A DNA stretch of 46,065 nt, taken from a virus (lineage: Duplodnaviria > Caudoviricetes). The stretch covers positions 1 to 46,065 of the IMG/VR virus record IMGVR_UViG_3300037470_000435; one strand, written 5' to 3'. The position numbers and the translations under genes were made by a program. The notes below the pieces were generated by a model. The model worked only from the letters and a program-made list of their open reading frames with translations. It was not told the DNA's origin and made no database searches. Each line of letters opens with the position of its first letter. Position 1 is the stretch's first letter. Below are positions 24,717 through 35,193 of this stretch, one piece after another.

Positions 24717-25367
24717 TTGAGCTGGCTCAGTAGCTTTTTTAAGTCTCCTAAGACCGAGGAAACCGGCGCCGAGAGTGCGGCCGTCGCGCGCGCTAATGAG
24801 ATGCGCGCCGACTACAAGGACCGGTACGTCCCGGTAGAGAACAAGTTCCTGGCCATGACCCGGCAGACGCCGGGCATGTACGAGCGCGCCCGCGGCGTGG
24901 CCAACGCTGACGCCGCCGCACAGTTCGACGTAAAGGGCGAGCAGGCGTTTCGGTCTAAGCTGCTGGCTGGTAACGCGCCGAACAGCGGCGCGAGCGTGAT
25001 CGAGATGGGAGCCAACGCCGACAAGCGCGGCGCAGGTCTCGGTAAATCTCTTAACTCCGCCACCTTCGCTACCGACATAAAACAGCGTACCGGCCTGCAC
25101 AAGGCCATCTTGCTCGGCCAGAACATCCGGGACAGCGCAGTGACGGGTGGCCAGAACGCAGCGTCACTGAGCGGGTCGATGGCGCTCTCCAACACCAACG
25201 CCCTGCAAGGGTGGCGCTCCGGCATTATGGGCGCGGTTGGCACCGCGGCCGGCGCTTACGGGCAGTACCTGGCTGGCCAGAAAGACCCGGCGGCCAACGA
25301 CGTGTATGAGTCCGAAGCGCGGTACGGCGAAGGGTATGGCCGCACCTGGGGCGGAGGGTTCGATTAA
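24717..25367 (+). CDS. internal virion/ejection protein
   Basis: GAGGT RBS, TTG start, Gly/Ala-rich C-terminus. Confidence 0.65.
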   Translation: MSWLSSFFKSPKTEETGAESAAVARANEMRADYKDRYVPVENKFLAMTRQTPGMYERARGVANADAAAQFDVKGEQAFRSKLLAGNAPNSGASVIEMGANADKRGAGLGKSLNSATFATDIKQRTGLHKAILLGQNIRDSAVTGGQNAASLSGSMALSNTNALQGWRSGIMGAVGTAAGAYGQYLAGQKDPAANDVYESEARYGEGYGRTWGGGFD

Positions 25368-26179
25368 TGAGTTGGTTGAGCAGTATTTTCAAGAAACCTG
25401 ACGCGCAGGAGTCCCGGCTGACTAATCAGCTGGAAGAGATGTCGCGCGCGGATTACGAAGACTACAAGACTCGGCTCGCGCCTTACGAAAACGAACTGAT
25501 GGAGTCGATTGACAATCCGGCCGCCAAAGAGGCCGCCGCTGCTGAAGCAGGCGCGCGGTCGGATCGGTCGTTCGACGTTGCCGCCGGTTCTCTGGCCCGA
25601 CAAATGGGACGCCGCGGCGTCACCGCCACTCCGGAGCAGCGCGCCGCTATCGGGCGACGCACCGGCTTGGCGCGTGCCGTTGCCAACGTCGATGCACAGA
25701 ACACGTCCCGCTTCAATACTGAAGCGGCTAATATCGAGGACGCTGGGTTCCTGGTGGAGCGCGGTCGCGGCACTGCCGGAGCGGCCGCGACGGGCTTGGC
25801 ACGCGCCGCCCAGTCCGAAGTCACCCGGAACAGTAACAACGCCGCTGCGCAGAGTGAGGACCAGGCCGGCAAGATGAAGACCGTCGCCGCCGTGGCTGCG
25901 ATGTTTATGTCCAGCCGTGAGTACAAAGAGGACATCGCTCCAGTGTCCTCGACAGAGCTGATCGACCTGTTGCAGCAGATTGATGTGGTGCAGTTCAAGT
26001 ATCGCCCGGAAGTAGGTGTCCCCGGGCATTACGTCGGGGCTATCGCTGAAGACGTGCCGGCCCTGTTCGCCACTGAAGACCGTAAGGCACTTAATTCTTA
26101 CAACTTGATCGGTGCTCTCGTGTCTGCCGTGCAGACGCTCAGCGCTCGCGTCAACCAACTTGAAGCAGTGAAGGAATAA
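25367..26179 (+). CDS. ejection protein with C-terminal peptidase S74-like chaperone domain
   Basis: SSREYKEDI...F.Y...G.IAED.P...L..AVQ.L...V..LE. Confidence 0.75.
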   Translation: MSWLSSIFKKPDAQESRLTNQLEEMSRADYEDYKTRLAPYENELMESIDNPAAKEAAAAEAGARSDRSFDVAAGSLARQMGRRGVTATPEQRAAIGRRTGLARAVANVDAQNTSRFNTEAANIEDAGFLVERGRGTAGAAATGLARAAQSEVTRNSNNAAAQSEDQAGKMKTVAAVAAMFMSSREYKEDIAPVSSTELIDLLQQIDVVQFKYRPEVGVPGHYVGAIAEDVPALFATEDRKALNSYNLIGALVSAVQTLSARVNQLEAVKE

Positions 26180-26180
26180 C

Positions 26181-28052
26181 ATGGCCGGCACAGGAGCTTG
26201 GGGCTCTTTCGCAGACGGCGCGACGCAAGGCGTTCGCCTGATGAGTGACCTACAGCAGCGGAAGTTCGAGAACACCCGCGCGACGCAGCTGGATGCGGAC
26301 AACCGCAGCCGTTACAACGATTCCATCGAGTACCGCGACAAGCTCTACGACGACAACCGCTCTGAGATCGAGGGGCAGAAATCCGCCAAGGCGCTCGAGT
26401 TCGCAGTAAACGACTTTGCGTCTAACCCGAAGACGGCGCACTTAAACCTGTCGACCGCCGCCGGGGCCAACGCGTTCCTGAAGATGCACGGGCAAGCCGT
26501 CAACCCGCTCATCAGCAGCAACAAAGAACTGCGTGACGAGGCGCTGAAAAACCCGGACGTCGACAAGAGCAACTGGTTCGCCGGTATCATGCCGGTGGAC
26601 GACGGTAAAGGCGGCGTCCGCCACGCCATCATGCTCAACGTGCGTGATGCGAATGGCAACATCGTCGCCAAGCCGTGGAGTAAGTCACGAGGTAAGAACG
26701 ACCCTGTGGCTTTGGTCGACCCCACGGAGACTATGGGACTCATCACCAGCACGATGTCTCGGTACGGCTACACCGGCGGCGAAGCAACCGTCAACGCGCG
26801 CGCCAACGCCGACGCGGGTCGGTTGAGTGGCCTGCAAGTGGCAGTTCCCGCTCCTGCAGCGGCGCCAGCCGCGCCAACTACCGCTCCGGTTGGTACTACC
26901 GCACCTGTAGCGCCAGTTACCGCCGCCCCTAGCGCAGTGACATCCGCGGCAGCGCCCCCTGAGGGGTTCACTCCGGAGGGAGAACTCGACCGATTAATGG
27001 GGCGGGGGGACGCAGCGAAGTCAACCCAAGCAGATTTGTCGAATGATCCCTTTGAGGCCGATCCGCCGCAACCTAAGTCTCTTATGGGCCGTACTATGAA
27101 TGCGCTGCCCGCGACGCCTCCTACGGCCAAGATGTACTACAACGAGCACCGCAAAGATTTAGTGGCGTCTGGTCGGTACACTCCAGGCCAGATCGCGGAC
27201 ATGGACGAGAAGTTTATTCCGGGCGGGGTCGCGCTGCCAACCGCGCTGGCAGACGTCAATCCGAACAAATTGACGCCGGGCCAAGTCATGAGTCCTAAGA
27301 ACCAGGACGCGATTGTCAAGGACATGAAACCGGCGACTCCGGACGAGGCGAAGTCAGCGGTGACTTCGGTACAAGCGCCTGCGGGAGGGCGCAGCGGTCA
27401 TCCGTCGCGTCGCCAGCTGGCGGACGCGCTGATCCTCAAGGCGCACGGTGTGCTGACGAGCGAGCAGGTCACACGCTACGCGCAGACCGGCAAGTTGGAG
27501 AAGGACGAGCTCAAGTCCTTCAACCCGGAGCACGACATGTATCTCAACGGCCAGCTGGTCAAGAAAGGCGAGCCGAAGGGCACGACTTCGAAAGAGCAGA
27601 ACAAGGAACGGCGCGACATGCTCAAGATGGCCGAGGACCGCGTGCGGAACAACATCAAAGAGCTGAACGGCAACCCAAAGGCCGGCACGCCCAACAAGTA
27701 CACCTATTCCGACTACACCACGCGCATGACTGAAGTACATAACGCGCTGCGCGATGCGAATTTGCCAGCCACGGTGATCGAATTGGCGGAGTCGCCGGAG
27801 CTTACGGGTGTCTTGACTGAGCTCTACAAGAAGGCCGTGGACATGGACGACAAAGGCGGCTGGTTCACCAAAGAGGCCAAACGCACCATCATGGACGCGT
27901 ACGAGAAGACCTACGGCAAGTCCGGTCCCAAACCCCAAGTGACGGTTAAGAAAGTCAACGGCGTCGATACCGAAGTCGTCGAGTTAATGGTCGACGGCAA
28001 GAAACAGTCTGTCGATTACCAGAAAGCTAAGGCCCTCGGCCTCATCAACTGA
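26181..28052 (+). CDS. internal virion/ejection protein
   Basis: GSFADGA.QG start, position in operon. Confidence 0.65.
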   Translation: MAGTGAWGSFADGATQGVRLMSDLQQRKFENTRATQLDADNRSRYNDSIEYRDKLYDDNRSEIEGQKSAKALEFAVNDFASNPKTAHLNLSTAAGANAFLKMHGQAVNPLISSNKELRDEALKNPDVDKSNWFAGIMPVDDGKGGVRHAIMLNVRDANGNIVAKPWSKSRGKNDPVALVDPTETMGLITSTMSRYGYTGGEATVNARANADAGRLSGLQVAVPAPAAAPAAPTTAPVGTTAPVAPVTAAPSAVTSAAAPPEGFTPEGELDRLMGRGDAAKSTQADLSNDPFEADPPQPKSLMGRTMNALPATPPTAKMYYNEHRKDLVASGRYTPGQIADMDEKFIPGGVALPTALADVNPNKLTPGQVMSPKNQDAIVKDMKPATPDEAKSAVTSVQAPAGGRSGHPSRRQLADALILKAHGVLTSEQVTRYAQTGKLEKDELKSFNPEHDMYLNGQLVKKGEPKGTTSKEQNKERRDMLKMAEDRVRNNIKELNGNPKAGTPNKYTYSDYTTRMTEVHNALRDANLPATVIELAESPELTGVLTELYKKAVDMDDKGGWFTKEAKRTIMDAYEKTYGKSGPKPQVTVKKVNGVDTEVVELMVDGKKQSVDYQKAKALGLIN

Positions 28053-28076
28053 CGTACAACCCGCTAACGGGGTAAC

Positions 28077-31000
28077 GTGGTCTCCCTCGCAGATCTTGTA
28101 GTGACGCCCGACGCAGACCAAACGGCCCGCGCGCCTTCGCTCGCGGACGTTGTGATCAAAGACCCTGCGGTACTTCAGGCCCACCGCGAGCAGATCATCA
28201 AAGACTCGCCGGCAACCAAAGACGGGCGCTTCCGTATCGTCGACGGCGACACCGTAGTCGACACCACGACCGGCCAGCACCTCCGCCTGCGAGGCATCAA
28301 CACTGCCGAGAAAGGCCGCGGCGTATCCGCCGAGGCCGCCAACGAACTGAAAAATTACCTTGACGCCGCCGGCAAGGTGACGCTCAAAGAGTCCGGCAAG
28401 GACGTGTACGGCCGTACCGTGGCCGAGCTCGTGGCTGAGGACGGCAGCTCGATCAACCAGAAGATGGCTGCGGGTGGGTTCGCGCCGTCGATGAACTTCG
28501 GCGGAGAGACAGGCCCCTACGACAAAGAATCCAAGCGCGCCAACCTCGCCCAGTTCGGCGCGGGTGTTCGCACGCCGGAAGAAGCCGCGAGTGACCGCCG
28601 CCTGCGCGCGGCGCAGATCATCAACTACCAACCGACGGACCCGGGCCAGTTTGCCAACCCCACTCAGCGCAAACCCACCTTGTTGCAAGACGTCGGCAGC
28701 GGCGTCCGCCAAGGTACGGACCAGCTGCAGGCCGACGCCTACGCCGTAACGGCGCTGTTCGGCGATGCGCTGGGTTCCGAGGACGTGCGCAAGTGGGGCA
28801 TGGACGGATACCAGCGCAACCAGGCCGAAGCCGCGAGCAACGCGCCGAGCGTGCAGGACTTCACCAGCATCGAGACGGGCGGGGACTTCTTCCACTGGGC
28901 GGCGGGTGCGCTCGGGCAGGCCGCGCCGTCCCTGGCGACCATGGTGGCTGGCGGCGGTGTCGGCGCGCTGGCCGCCCGCAAGGGTGTGCAGATGGCGACG
29001 GGCAAAGGCGCGGAAGAGCTGCTGCGCGGACATGTCACCAAGAAGGCCGTCGATAACATGGTCGAACGCGGCGTTCCGCGCGGCGTCGCGGAACGCGTCA
29101 TCTCCCGGGCGCTGCGTGAGAACCCGGCGGTACACGACGCTATGGCGCGCGGTCTGGTGACCCAAGCCGGCGCGGCCGCGGGTGTCTACGCGACCAGCTC
29201 GGCGCAACAGACAGGCGAAATCTACGGCGAACTGGCTGAGAACGGCATCCGCGCGCCGGGCACGGCTGCGGCGTTCGGCGCGGCTGGCGGTGCGCTCGAT
29301 GCAGCAGGCCCGCTGTACCTGATGCGCAAGCTGTTCCCAGGCATCGGGGACGAGGCCGCCAAGTCCATCGTCAAGCAGGTCGCCAAGATCGGCGGTATGG
29401 AGTTGCTCATCGAGGGCAGCACGGAAGGCGCGCAAGAGGTCATCGCGCTGGCCGCCCGCGCTCACGAGGATCCGAATTTCAAAGTCTGGACGCCGGAAAA
29501 CCGTATGCGCGTGTACAACGCCACGGCGGCAGGCGCGTTGGTAGGCGCGGTTGGCGGTGGCCTCGGCGGTGTTGCCGCGGGTCGGTCTGACCAGGGGCAG
29601 GTCGACGAGACATACCTTAATACTCCGCCTGAGAACACGCCGGCGCCTGCGGTTGAAACGCCTCCCGCAGCCGAATCACCCCCGCCCGCTACCCCTCCGG
29701 GGGGTGGGATCGTTCAATCTGAGGCTTCTCAGGAGGTCGTTTCTGAGCCAACTACCAATCAGGTACCAATTCCTGATGAATTAGTAGTTACGCCCGACAA
29801 AGCGCCTGCGAGTATCCCCCAAGAACTGAGCGCGGCGGATATCGCGCCACAACCGGCCCGAATCGCGCCAAAAGAAGTCCCAATCGCGCCAGAACCGCCG
29901 GTCACCCTCAAGTCCGTCGCCGAGACCGTCAAGCAAGTCCTCGCCGAACACGACGCCGAGAAAGAACAGAAAGCCGCCGCGATCAAAGCGGTGAACGACA
30001 AGCTGTCGGCCAAGTTCTCGACCAAGATCGAGGGCCTGACGCAGAAGCAGCGCGAGGCCGTCGAAGTCACGCCGGATAAGGCTGCGGATAGCAAAGCTCC
30101 TGTGGACGTCGCGCCGGAGCCTGAGGCTGCTCCGGAGACCAAGGAACAGGACGAGCAGGCCGTGGCTGAGTTCGGCCCGGCCCACGTACCCGAAGCCCAG
30201 CACAACATCGCCGAGATGCGGGTGATCGAGCACGGGCAACTCAAGACCGGCAAGCCGTGGAAGGACAGCAAGGGAGCCATCGGCGTTCGCCTCGGCGTGC
30301 TGCGCCGGCAAGCCAAGAAACTCGGTTCCGAGTCCCTGTATGACATCAAGGCGGTCAAGGATGGCTTCGTCATCGAAGAGTCCATCCCGCCGCACGAGCA
30401 GGTCTACGAAGACCGCGCCACCGGCAAGATGCGCACACGCGGCGAATTCGTCGAGGTGCGCCTGGAACAGGCGAAGAAGACCGCGCGCAAGTACCCGGAC
30501 GCCGACAACAAGTTCAAAGTGGTCCGAGTGTATCCGTACGACCACAAGCCCGGCGCGGTAGCGCAGCGCCTGGATGCTAAGAAGATCACCCAGCTCGGGC
30601 TAGATCTCAACCGCGAGGAAGCAGACACGCCGTGGGGGCCGCAGCGTATTCTTAACGGATGGAACGCCGGCATGGCTGAGGTGCTGCTCAAATTCGATCC
30701 GGTGAGTACGAAAGGCTTCCCGGACGAGACAGTGGTGTGGAGCTCTAAAGAAGGCGATGTCACGCTCGGTCAGCTGACGGCGCGCTTGAAGCCGCCGCAG
30801 GAGAAGATCGACGCGCTGGAAGACACTGACAAGAACCGCAAAGCGCGCGCTGGTTACCGCTCTCAGATTAAAACTGAGAAACGTGCCGGCGTGGATGGCG
30901 TGTTCTACGACGAAAAGAGTGGGACCAAGGTCAACATCGGCGAGCAAACCAGTACAGGGATGCGGACGATTCAAGACGTCGATCCGAGTAAAGACCGTAC

Positions 31001-34000
31001 GGTTATGGATGAGGAGCGCCCGCTGAGCGACGAGGACAGTGTCGACCAGATCATGACGCGCGACGAGGATCGCTCGAACAAAATCGACCGCGAGTTCCAT
31101 CCGGAAGAGGATAACAAGCCCGTCGACATGGTCGGCGAAAGCGCCGGCACGGTACTGCGTAACAAAGGCCCCAGCGCCGAAGCCAAGGCGGGCCAAGAAG
31201 CCCGCAACGCGGCGCGAGCGCCGACGAAACAGCCGGGCGACACCTACGTCCCCGATAACACAGACCCCCGCGCGGCTGAGAAGGCCGAGGGCTTCAAGCA
31301 GGCGGCGACGAAGCGCACGGGCATCACCAAGGTGGGCGAGACCATCACTAGCAACGAGCTCTCGATGGTCCAGTCGCTCGCGAAACTCGTCGGGCTCCAG
31401 GTTCATATCACCATCGTGGACGAGGCGGGGCTCAAGCAGCTGCGCGCCGAAGGCCACCCGATGACCGATCACCTGAACAAGATCGAGAACGACAAGCCGT
31501 TGGGGCGGGCGCTGTTCACTCCCGACTCGCGCGACACTGTCATCTTCATATCCAAGAAAGCCACAGGCATCCAGCGCGTGGCTGTGTTCGCGCACGAGTT
31601 GGGCCACATCGCCCACCTGGCGATGTTCGACACCCTCTCCGCAACCCACCCAGCGCGCGTGCGTTTGGTCGAAGGGTACACCCGCGATCTGATGAATGGC
31701 CGCGCCGGCAAGAAAGGCTTCTACGAATGGTACGCCAACCAGTTTGTCGCCTGGGTCGCGCGCCGTCAAGCGCCCAGCAGCGTCGTCGAGAAGTTCTTCA
31801 AGGACGTCTTCACCTCGTTGAAGAAGATGTGGAACGAGCTGACCAAGAAGTACAAGCTGAACCAGAACTTCGGCGACTTCATGGACGCCGCCGTCACCGA
31901 GGCCAACGCCGGCCGCGCGCAGATGTTCGTGGGCGAGACAGACCCGGCGCTGCGCCTGCATATCAGTAAAGACGCGCCGCTCAACTTCACGATGCCCGAA
32001 TGGGTGGCTCATAACAAGGTCGTCGAGTTCTCCAAGTATCCCACGAAGAAATTACTCGAGAACCTGCACAGCTTTGCCAAGCTCGTGCTGCTCCCGGCTG
32101 ACACAGTGATCCGCGGCACACGCGCCAAGACCGGTGAGCTGTACAAGCCTGCCGTCATGCTGGCCAACATCCTCAAGCGCCGTCCCGGCACGCAGGCGAC
32201 CGGCGCGGAGAAGGTCTACGACTACAAAGGCAACGAGATCACCGACGGTTATCTCGACGCGGTGGTGCAGGTTACCGGGATGTTCATGCACCCTGCGGAG
32301 CAGGTTCTGCGGCGCGTCGAGGCCAAGCACAAGAAACTCCCGCGCAAAGAGCGCGAAGCCGCTGTCACAGCAGACCACGCGCGTATGAGCGACCTGCTCA
32401 ACCGCAACCTGGACGACGCCGAGCTGGGCCGCAGGAGCCCGGAAGCGCTGGCGTTGCGCAACGTACTGGAAGGGGTGTGGCCATATCTGAAGAAAGCCCT
32501 CCCCGACCTGGGGCAGTTGCCGAAGTACTGGCCGCACGTATTCGACAGGGCGTACCTGGAAACTCACCGCGACGAGTTCGTCGGCATGCTGAAGCGCCAC
32601 TGGAAGCGCAAAGGCGCCAAGGTCAGCGACGAGGTATTGGCACAAGACGCCGAAGCTGTCTACGCCAAGATCATGGACGAGGGCGGCTTCGCCCCGGATA
32701 TTCAGGACACTACCGAACGCGCCGGGATGCCGGCCGGGTTCAAGTTCCTGCGCGAACGCGGCCTTAAGGACGTGCCCGCGGACGAGATGGCGGAGTTCTT
32801 GTCCAAAGACCTGACGAACACGATGGCGTCGTACATCAAGTCGGCGGTGCGCCGCGCCGAGATGGAGCGCCGCGTCGGGCGCTTCGAGAAGGGTATCGAC
32901 GGCGAAGGCGCGTGGAACCCGAACGCCGTGCTCGATAAGACCTTCGCCCAAGCAAAGAAGGATCTCACTCCGGCGGAGTTCGCACAGCTCGTGAAGAACT
33001 TCTCCGCTGCGCGCGGCACGCAGAAGCACGACATCTCGCCGGAAACCCGCCACGCGCTGGCGTGGGTGCAGGCGTATCAGAATTACCGCACGCTGTTGTT
33101 CCCGACCATCTCGTCGATCCCCGACTTAGGCAGCGCCATGGTGCGTTCGCGCGCGGTTAAAGGCTCGTTCAGCTCCTTGCAGGAGGCCATCAAGGCGCTG
33201 GCCGACGCGAGCAAAGGTAAGCGCAACGAGCTGGCTGAGCTGGCGGCGTCGATGGCATTGATGGAAGAGGCCGCCACCAATCAGGCGCTGCACGAGACCT
33301 ACGCCACCGGCAACTTCAACACTCCTAACGCCAACAAGGCCAACGACCTGCTGTTCAAGTACAACGGCCTGCATTACTGGACGCAGCTAGTGCGGGTCAT
33401 GGGTTTAGCACTGGGTAAACGGTATCTACACACTCATTCTCTGGACACCAGCGCCCGCAGCACCCGGTACCTCAAGGACTTAGGTCTGACTGCCAAGGAC
33501 GTGCAGGACTGGGAACGCGGTGGAAGCAAACCGTGGTCCGTGGAGAACATCAACGACGCTAACGCCGAGAAGATCGGTCGGGCGCTGAATCAATTCGTCA
33601 ACGAAGCAGCCATGCGCCCGGACGGTTCCATGCGCCCGGCTTGGGCCAACGATCCGCGGCTGGTGTTGTTCTGGCACCTCAAGTCGTTCATGTACGCCTT
33701 CCACCAGACCTTCATCATGGGTACGTACAACGAGATGAAAGCCCGCCGCGCGGAAGGCTCCGGGGTTATCGACACGGCCATGCCGGCGCTGGCCATGACC
33801 AGCGTGCTGTTGCCCCTGGCCATGGGCGCCCTCGCGCTGCGCAACCTGCTCCAGCATGAGCTCTGGGGTACCGAACCGACGTACTCCGCGCTGGACGCTT
33901 GGGAAGTGCTGCAGCGTTCGGGCGGCTTGGGCTACGCCCAGCTGGCCGCGGACATGGACGAGGCTGAGTCGCACGGCAGCTTGGCGTTCCTGGCCGTGGG

Positions 34001-34121
34001 TGGCCCCACCGTCTCGCAGTTCCAAGCCCTCGTTACGAAGCCATTTAGCAGCATCGCGGCGCAGTCCGTACCGCTGCTCGGACAAATCCCGGCTTTTCGG
34101 AATCTGGTGACTGGTCACTAA
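28077..34121 (+). CDS. giant (2014 aa) ejection/polyvalent protein with SNase-like and zincin-like domains
   Basis: IVDGDT..LRLRGINTAE..KDVYGRTVA..IN..M..G.A; FAHELGH..FYEWYANQF. Confidence 0.85.
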   Translation: MVSLADLVVTPDADQTARAPSLADVVIKDPAVLQAHREQIIKDSPATKDGRFRIVDGDTVVDTTTGQHLRLRGINTAEKGRGVSAEAANELKNYLDAAGKVTLKESGKDVYGRTVAELVAEDGSSINQKMAAGGFAPSMNFGGETGPYDKESKRANLAQFGAGVRTPEEAASDRRLRAAQIINYQPTDPGQFANPTQRKPTLLQDVGSGVRQGTDQLQADAYAVTALFGDALGSEDVRKWGMDGYQRNQAEAASNAPSVQDFTSIETGGDFFHWAAGALGQAAPSLATMVAGGGVGALAARKGVQMATGKGAEELLRGHVTKKAVDNMVERGVPRGVAERVISRALRENPAVHDAMARGLVTQAGAAAGVYATSSAQQTGEIYGELAENGIRAPGTAAAFGAAGGALDAAGPLYLMRKLFPGIGDEAAKSIVKQVAKIGGMELLIEGSTEGAQEVIALAARAHEDPNFKVWTPENRMRVYNATAAGALVGAVGGGLGGVAAGRSDQGQVDETYLNTPPENTPAPAVETPPAAESPPPATPPGGGIVQSEASQEVVSEPTTNQVPIPDELVVTPDKAPASIPQELSAADIAPQPARIAPKEVPIAPEPPVTLKSVAETVKQVLAEHDAEKEQKAAAIKAVNDKLSAKFSTKIEGLTQKQREAVEVTPDKAADSKAPVDVAPEPEAAPETKEQDEQAVAEFGPAHVPEAQHNIAEMRVIEHGQLKTGKPWKDSKGAIGVRLGVLRRQAKKLGSESLYDIKAVKDGFVIEESIPPHEQVYEDRATGKMRTRGEFVEVRLEQAKKTARKYPDADNKFKVVRVYPYDHKPGAVAQRLDAKKITQLGLDLNREEADTPWGPQRILNGWNAGMAEVLLKFDPVSTKGFPDETVVWSSKEGDVTLGQLTARLKPPQEKIDALEDTDKNRKARAGYRSQIKTEKRAGVDGVFYDEKSGTKVNIGEQTSTGMRTIQDVDPSKDRTVMDEERPLSDEDSVDQIMTRDEDRSNKIDREFHPEEDNKPVDMVGESAGTVLRNKGPSAEAKAGQEARNAARAPTKQPGDTYVPDNTDPRAAEKAEGFKQAATKRTGITKVGETITSNELSMVQSLAKLVGLQVHITIVDEAGLKQLRAEGHPMTDHLNKIENDKPLGRALFTPDSRDTVIFISKKATGIQRVAVFAHELGHIAHLAMFDTLSATHPARVRLVEGYTRDLMNGRAGKKGFYEWYANQFVAWVARRQAPSSVVEKFFKDVFTSLKKMWNELTKKYKLNQNFGDFMDAAVTEANAGRAQMFVGETDPALRLHISKDAPLNFTMPEWVAHNKVVEFSKYPTKKLLENLHSFAKLVLLPADTVIRGTRAKTGELYKPAVMLANILKRRPGTQATGAEKVYDYKGNEITDGYLDAVVQVTGMFMHPAEQVLRRVEAKHKKLPRKEREAAVTADHARMSDLLNRNLDDAELGRRSPEALALRNVLEGVWPYLKKALPDLGQLPKYWPHVFDRAYLETHRDEFVGMLKRHWKRKGAKVSDEVLAQDAEAVYAKIMDEGGFAPDIQDTTERAGMPAGFKFLRERGLKDVPADEMAEFLSKDLTNTMASYIKSAVRRAEMERRVGRFEKGIDGEGAWNPNAVLDKTFAQAKKDLTPAEFAQLVKNFSAARGTQKHDISPETRHALAWVQAYQNYRTLLFPTISSIPDLGSAMVRSRAVKGSFSSLQEAIKALADASKGKRNELAELAASMALMEEAATNQALHETYATGNFNTPNANKANDLLFKYNGLHYWTQLVRVMGLALGKRYLHTHSLDTSARSTRYLKDLGLTAKDVQDWERGGSKPWSVENINDANAEKIGRALNQFVNEAAMRPDGSMRPAWANDPRLVLFWHLKSFMYAFHQTFIMGTYNEMKARRAEGSGVIDTAMPALAMTSVLLPLAMGALALRNLLQHELWGTEPTYSALDAWEVLQRSGGLGYAQLAADMDEAESHGSLAFLAVGGPTVSQFQALVTKPFSSIAAQSVPLLGQIPAFRNLVTGH

Positions 34122-34125
34122 GTTC

Positions 34126-34156
34126 TAGGCAGCCCACTAGCAGCTCTAGGTACAGT
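34126..34156 (+). promoter_or_regulatory. TAGGCAGCCCA-box promoter of tail fibre/lysis operon
   Basis: TAGGCAGCCCACT-12-TACAGT-8nt-ATG. Confidence 0.75.
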
Positions 34157-34164
34157 GAGAAGAT

Positions 34165-35190
34165 ATGACTACTCAGCTTTGGGCGAATAACGCCACCAGT
34201 AAAATAGCCGCAGCCGTCGCGGCTATCGACACGTCGCTGACGTTCACGTTGGCAGACGATGCGCTGTTCCCCAACCCTACCGGCGCGCAGTATCTGCTCT
34301 GTACCTTAACCATGGTCGACGGCAGTTACGAGATCATCAAGGTCACCACCCACACAGCAACTTCCGGCGCGTTCCAGGTCATCGAGCGCGCGCAAGAAGG
34401 GACGGCGGCGCTGGCCATCACCGCCGGCGACGTGACTGACGGCGTCAAGCTCGAACTCATTCTGACCGCCGACTCGGTGGAACAGTTCGCCCGTAAGGAC
34501 GAGGACAACACCTTCGTTGGCGACAACACGCACTCTGGAAACGACACTCACAACGGCAACAGCATCCATAACGGCAACGTAGCATTCAACAAAGTCTTAA
34601 CTTTCGGAAGCTCCACCGAAGTTTCAACGGCGCATTCGATGCAATTAGCCGCCGGTGACAATTTTGTCTATCACATTAGCCCGGGGACAGCCTACATTTT
34701 CAAATCTGCCGCCCTGGGCTCTGCGGCGGACAGGGTTACAGTTTATGAATCTGGCGGAATAACTTTACACGATACCTCAGGTAACGCCCCCGACGGCGGG
34801 CAGATAAGCGGAGCCGGTAACGCGATTGCCGGTTGGTACCATAACGGAAGTCTGGTCTATTCATCCGCTTCCATGTTCGAGTACGTGGGGGCCATCGTAG
34901 ATGCTAATGCTAACGCCCATCCCCACGGTCTCGGTTCAAGGCCGACGCTGACGCAATTTCTTATCCGGTGCGTAGATGCGGGCGGAGAGCACGGCTACGC
35001 ACAAAACGATGAGGTGAGCTTCACGGCCAAGCGTGTCGGTATTGACGAATGGTCCCCACCGGGGTGGTGCGACGCGACCAACGTGGGCGTTGTGACCAAC
35101 AACGAGATCGCAGTCATGAGCAAGACTTCGTTTGCGAACGCAGTCTGCACAAACAGTAAGTGGAATTTCGTGATGCGGGCGTGGAAATAA
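34165..35190 (+). CDS. tail fibre protein
   Basis: ANNA.S.I...EI.KVT...RAQEGT anchor; NTxxG repeats; HGLG..P...C tip domain. Confidence 0.8.
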   Translation: MTTQLWANNATSKIAAAVAAIDTSLTFTLADDALFPNPTGAQYLLCTLTMVDGSYEIIKVTTHTATSGAFQVIERAQEGTAALAITAGDVTDGVKLELILTADSVEQFARKDEDNTFVGDNTHSGNDTHNGNSIHNGNVAFNKVLTFGSSTEVSTAHSMQLAAGDNFVYHISPGTAYIFKSAALGSAADRVTVYESGGITLHDTSGNAPDGGQISGAGNAIAGWYHNGSLVYSSASMFEYVGAIVDANANAHPHGLGSRPTLTQFLIRCVDAGGEHGYAQNDEVSFTAKRVGIDEWSPPGWCDATNVGVVTNNEIAVMSKTSFANAVCTNSKWNFVMRAWK

Positions 35191-35193
35191 GTC

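Noticed and set aside
15496-33053. Long antisense ORFs (e.g. 15496-16941, 27984-29465, 30600-32012, 32052-33053)
   Set aside because: Shadows of GC3-biased plus-strand genes; no motifs or RBS
28077-34121. N4-like or crAss-like virion RNA polymerase in the giant protein
   Set aside because: No single-subunit motif A/B/C set or DxDxD motif found by eye; a structure search is still advisable
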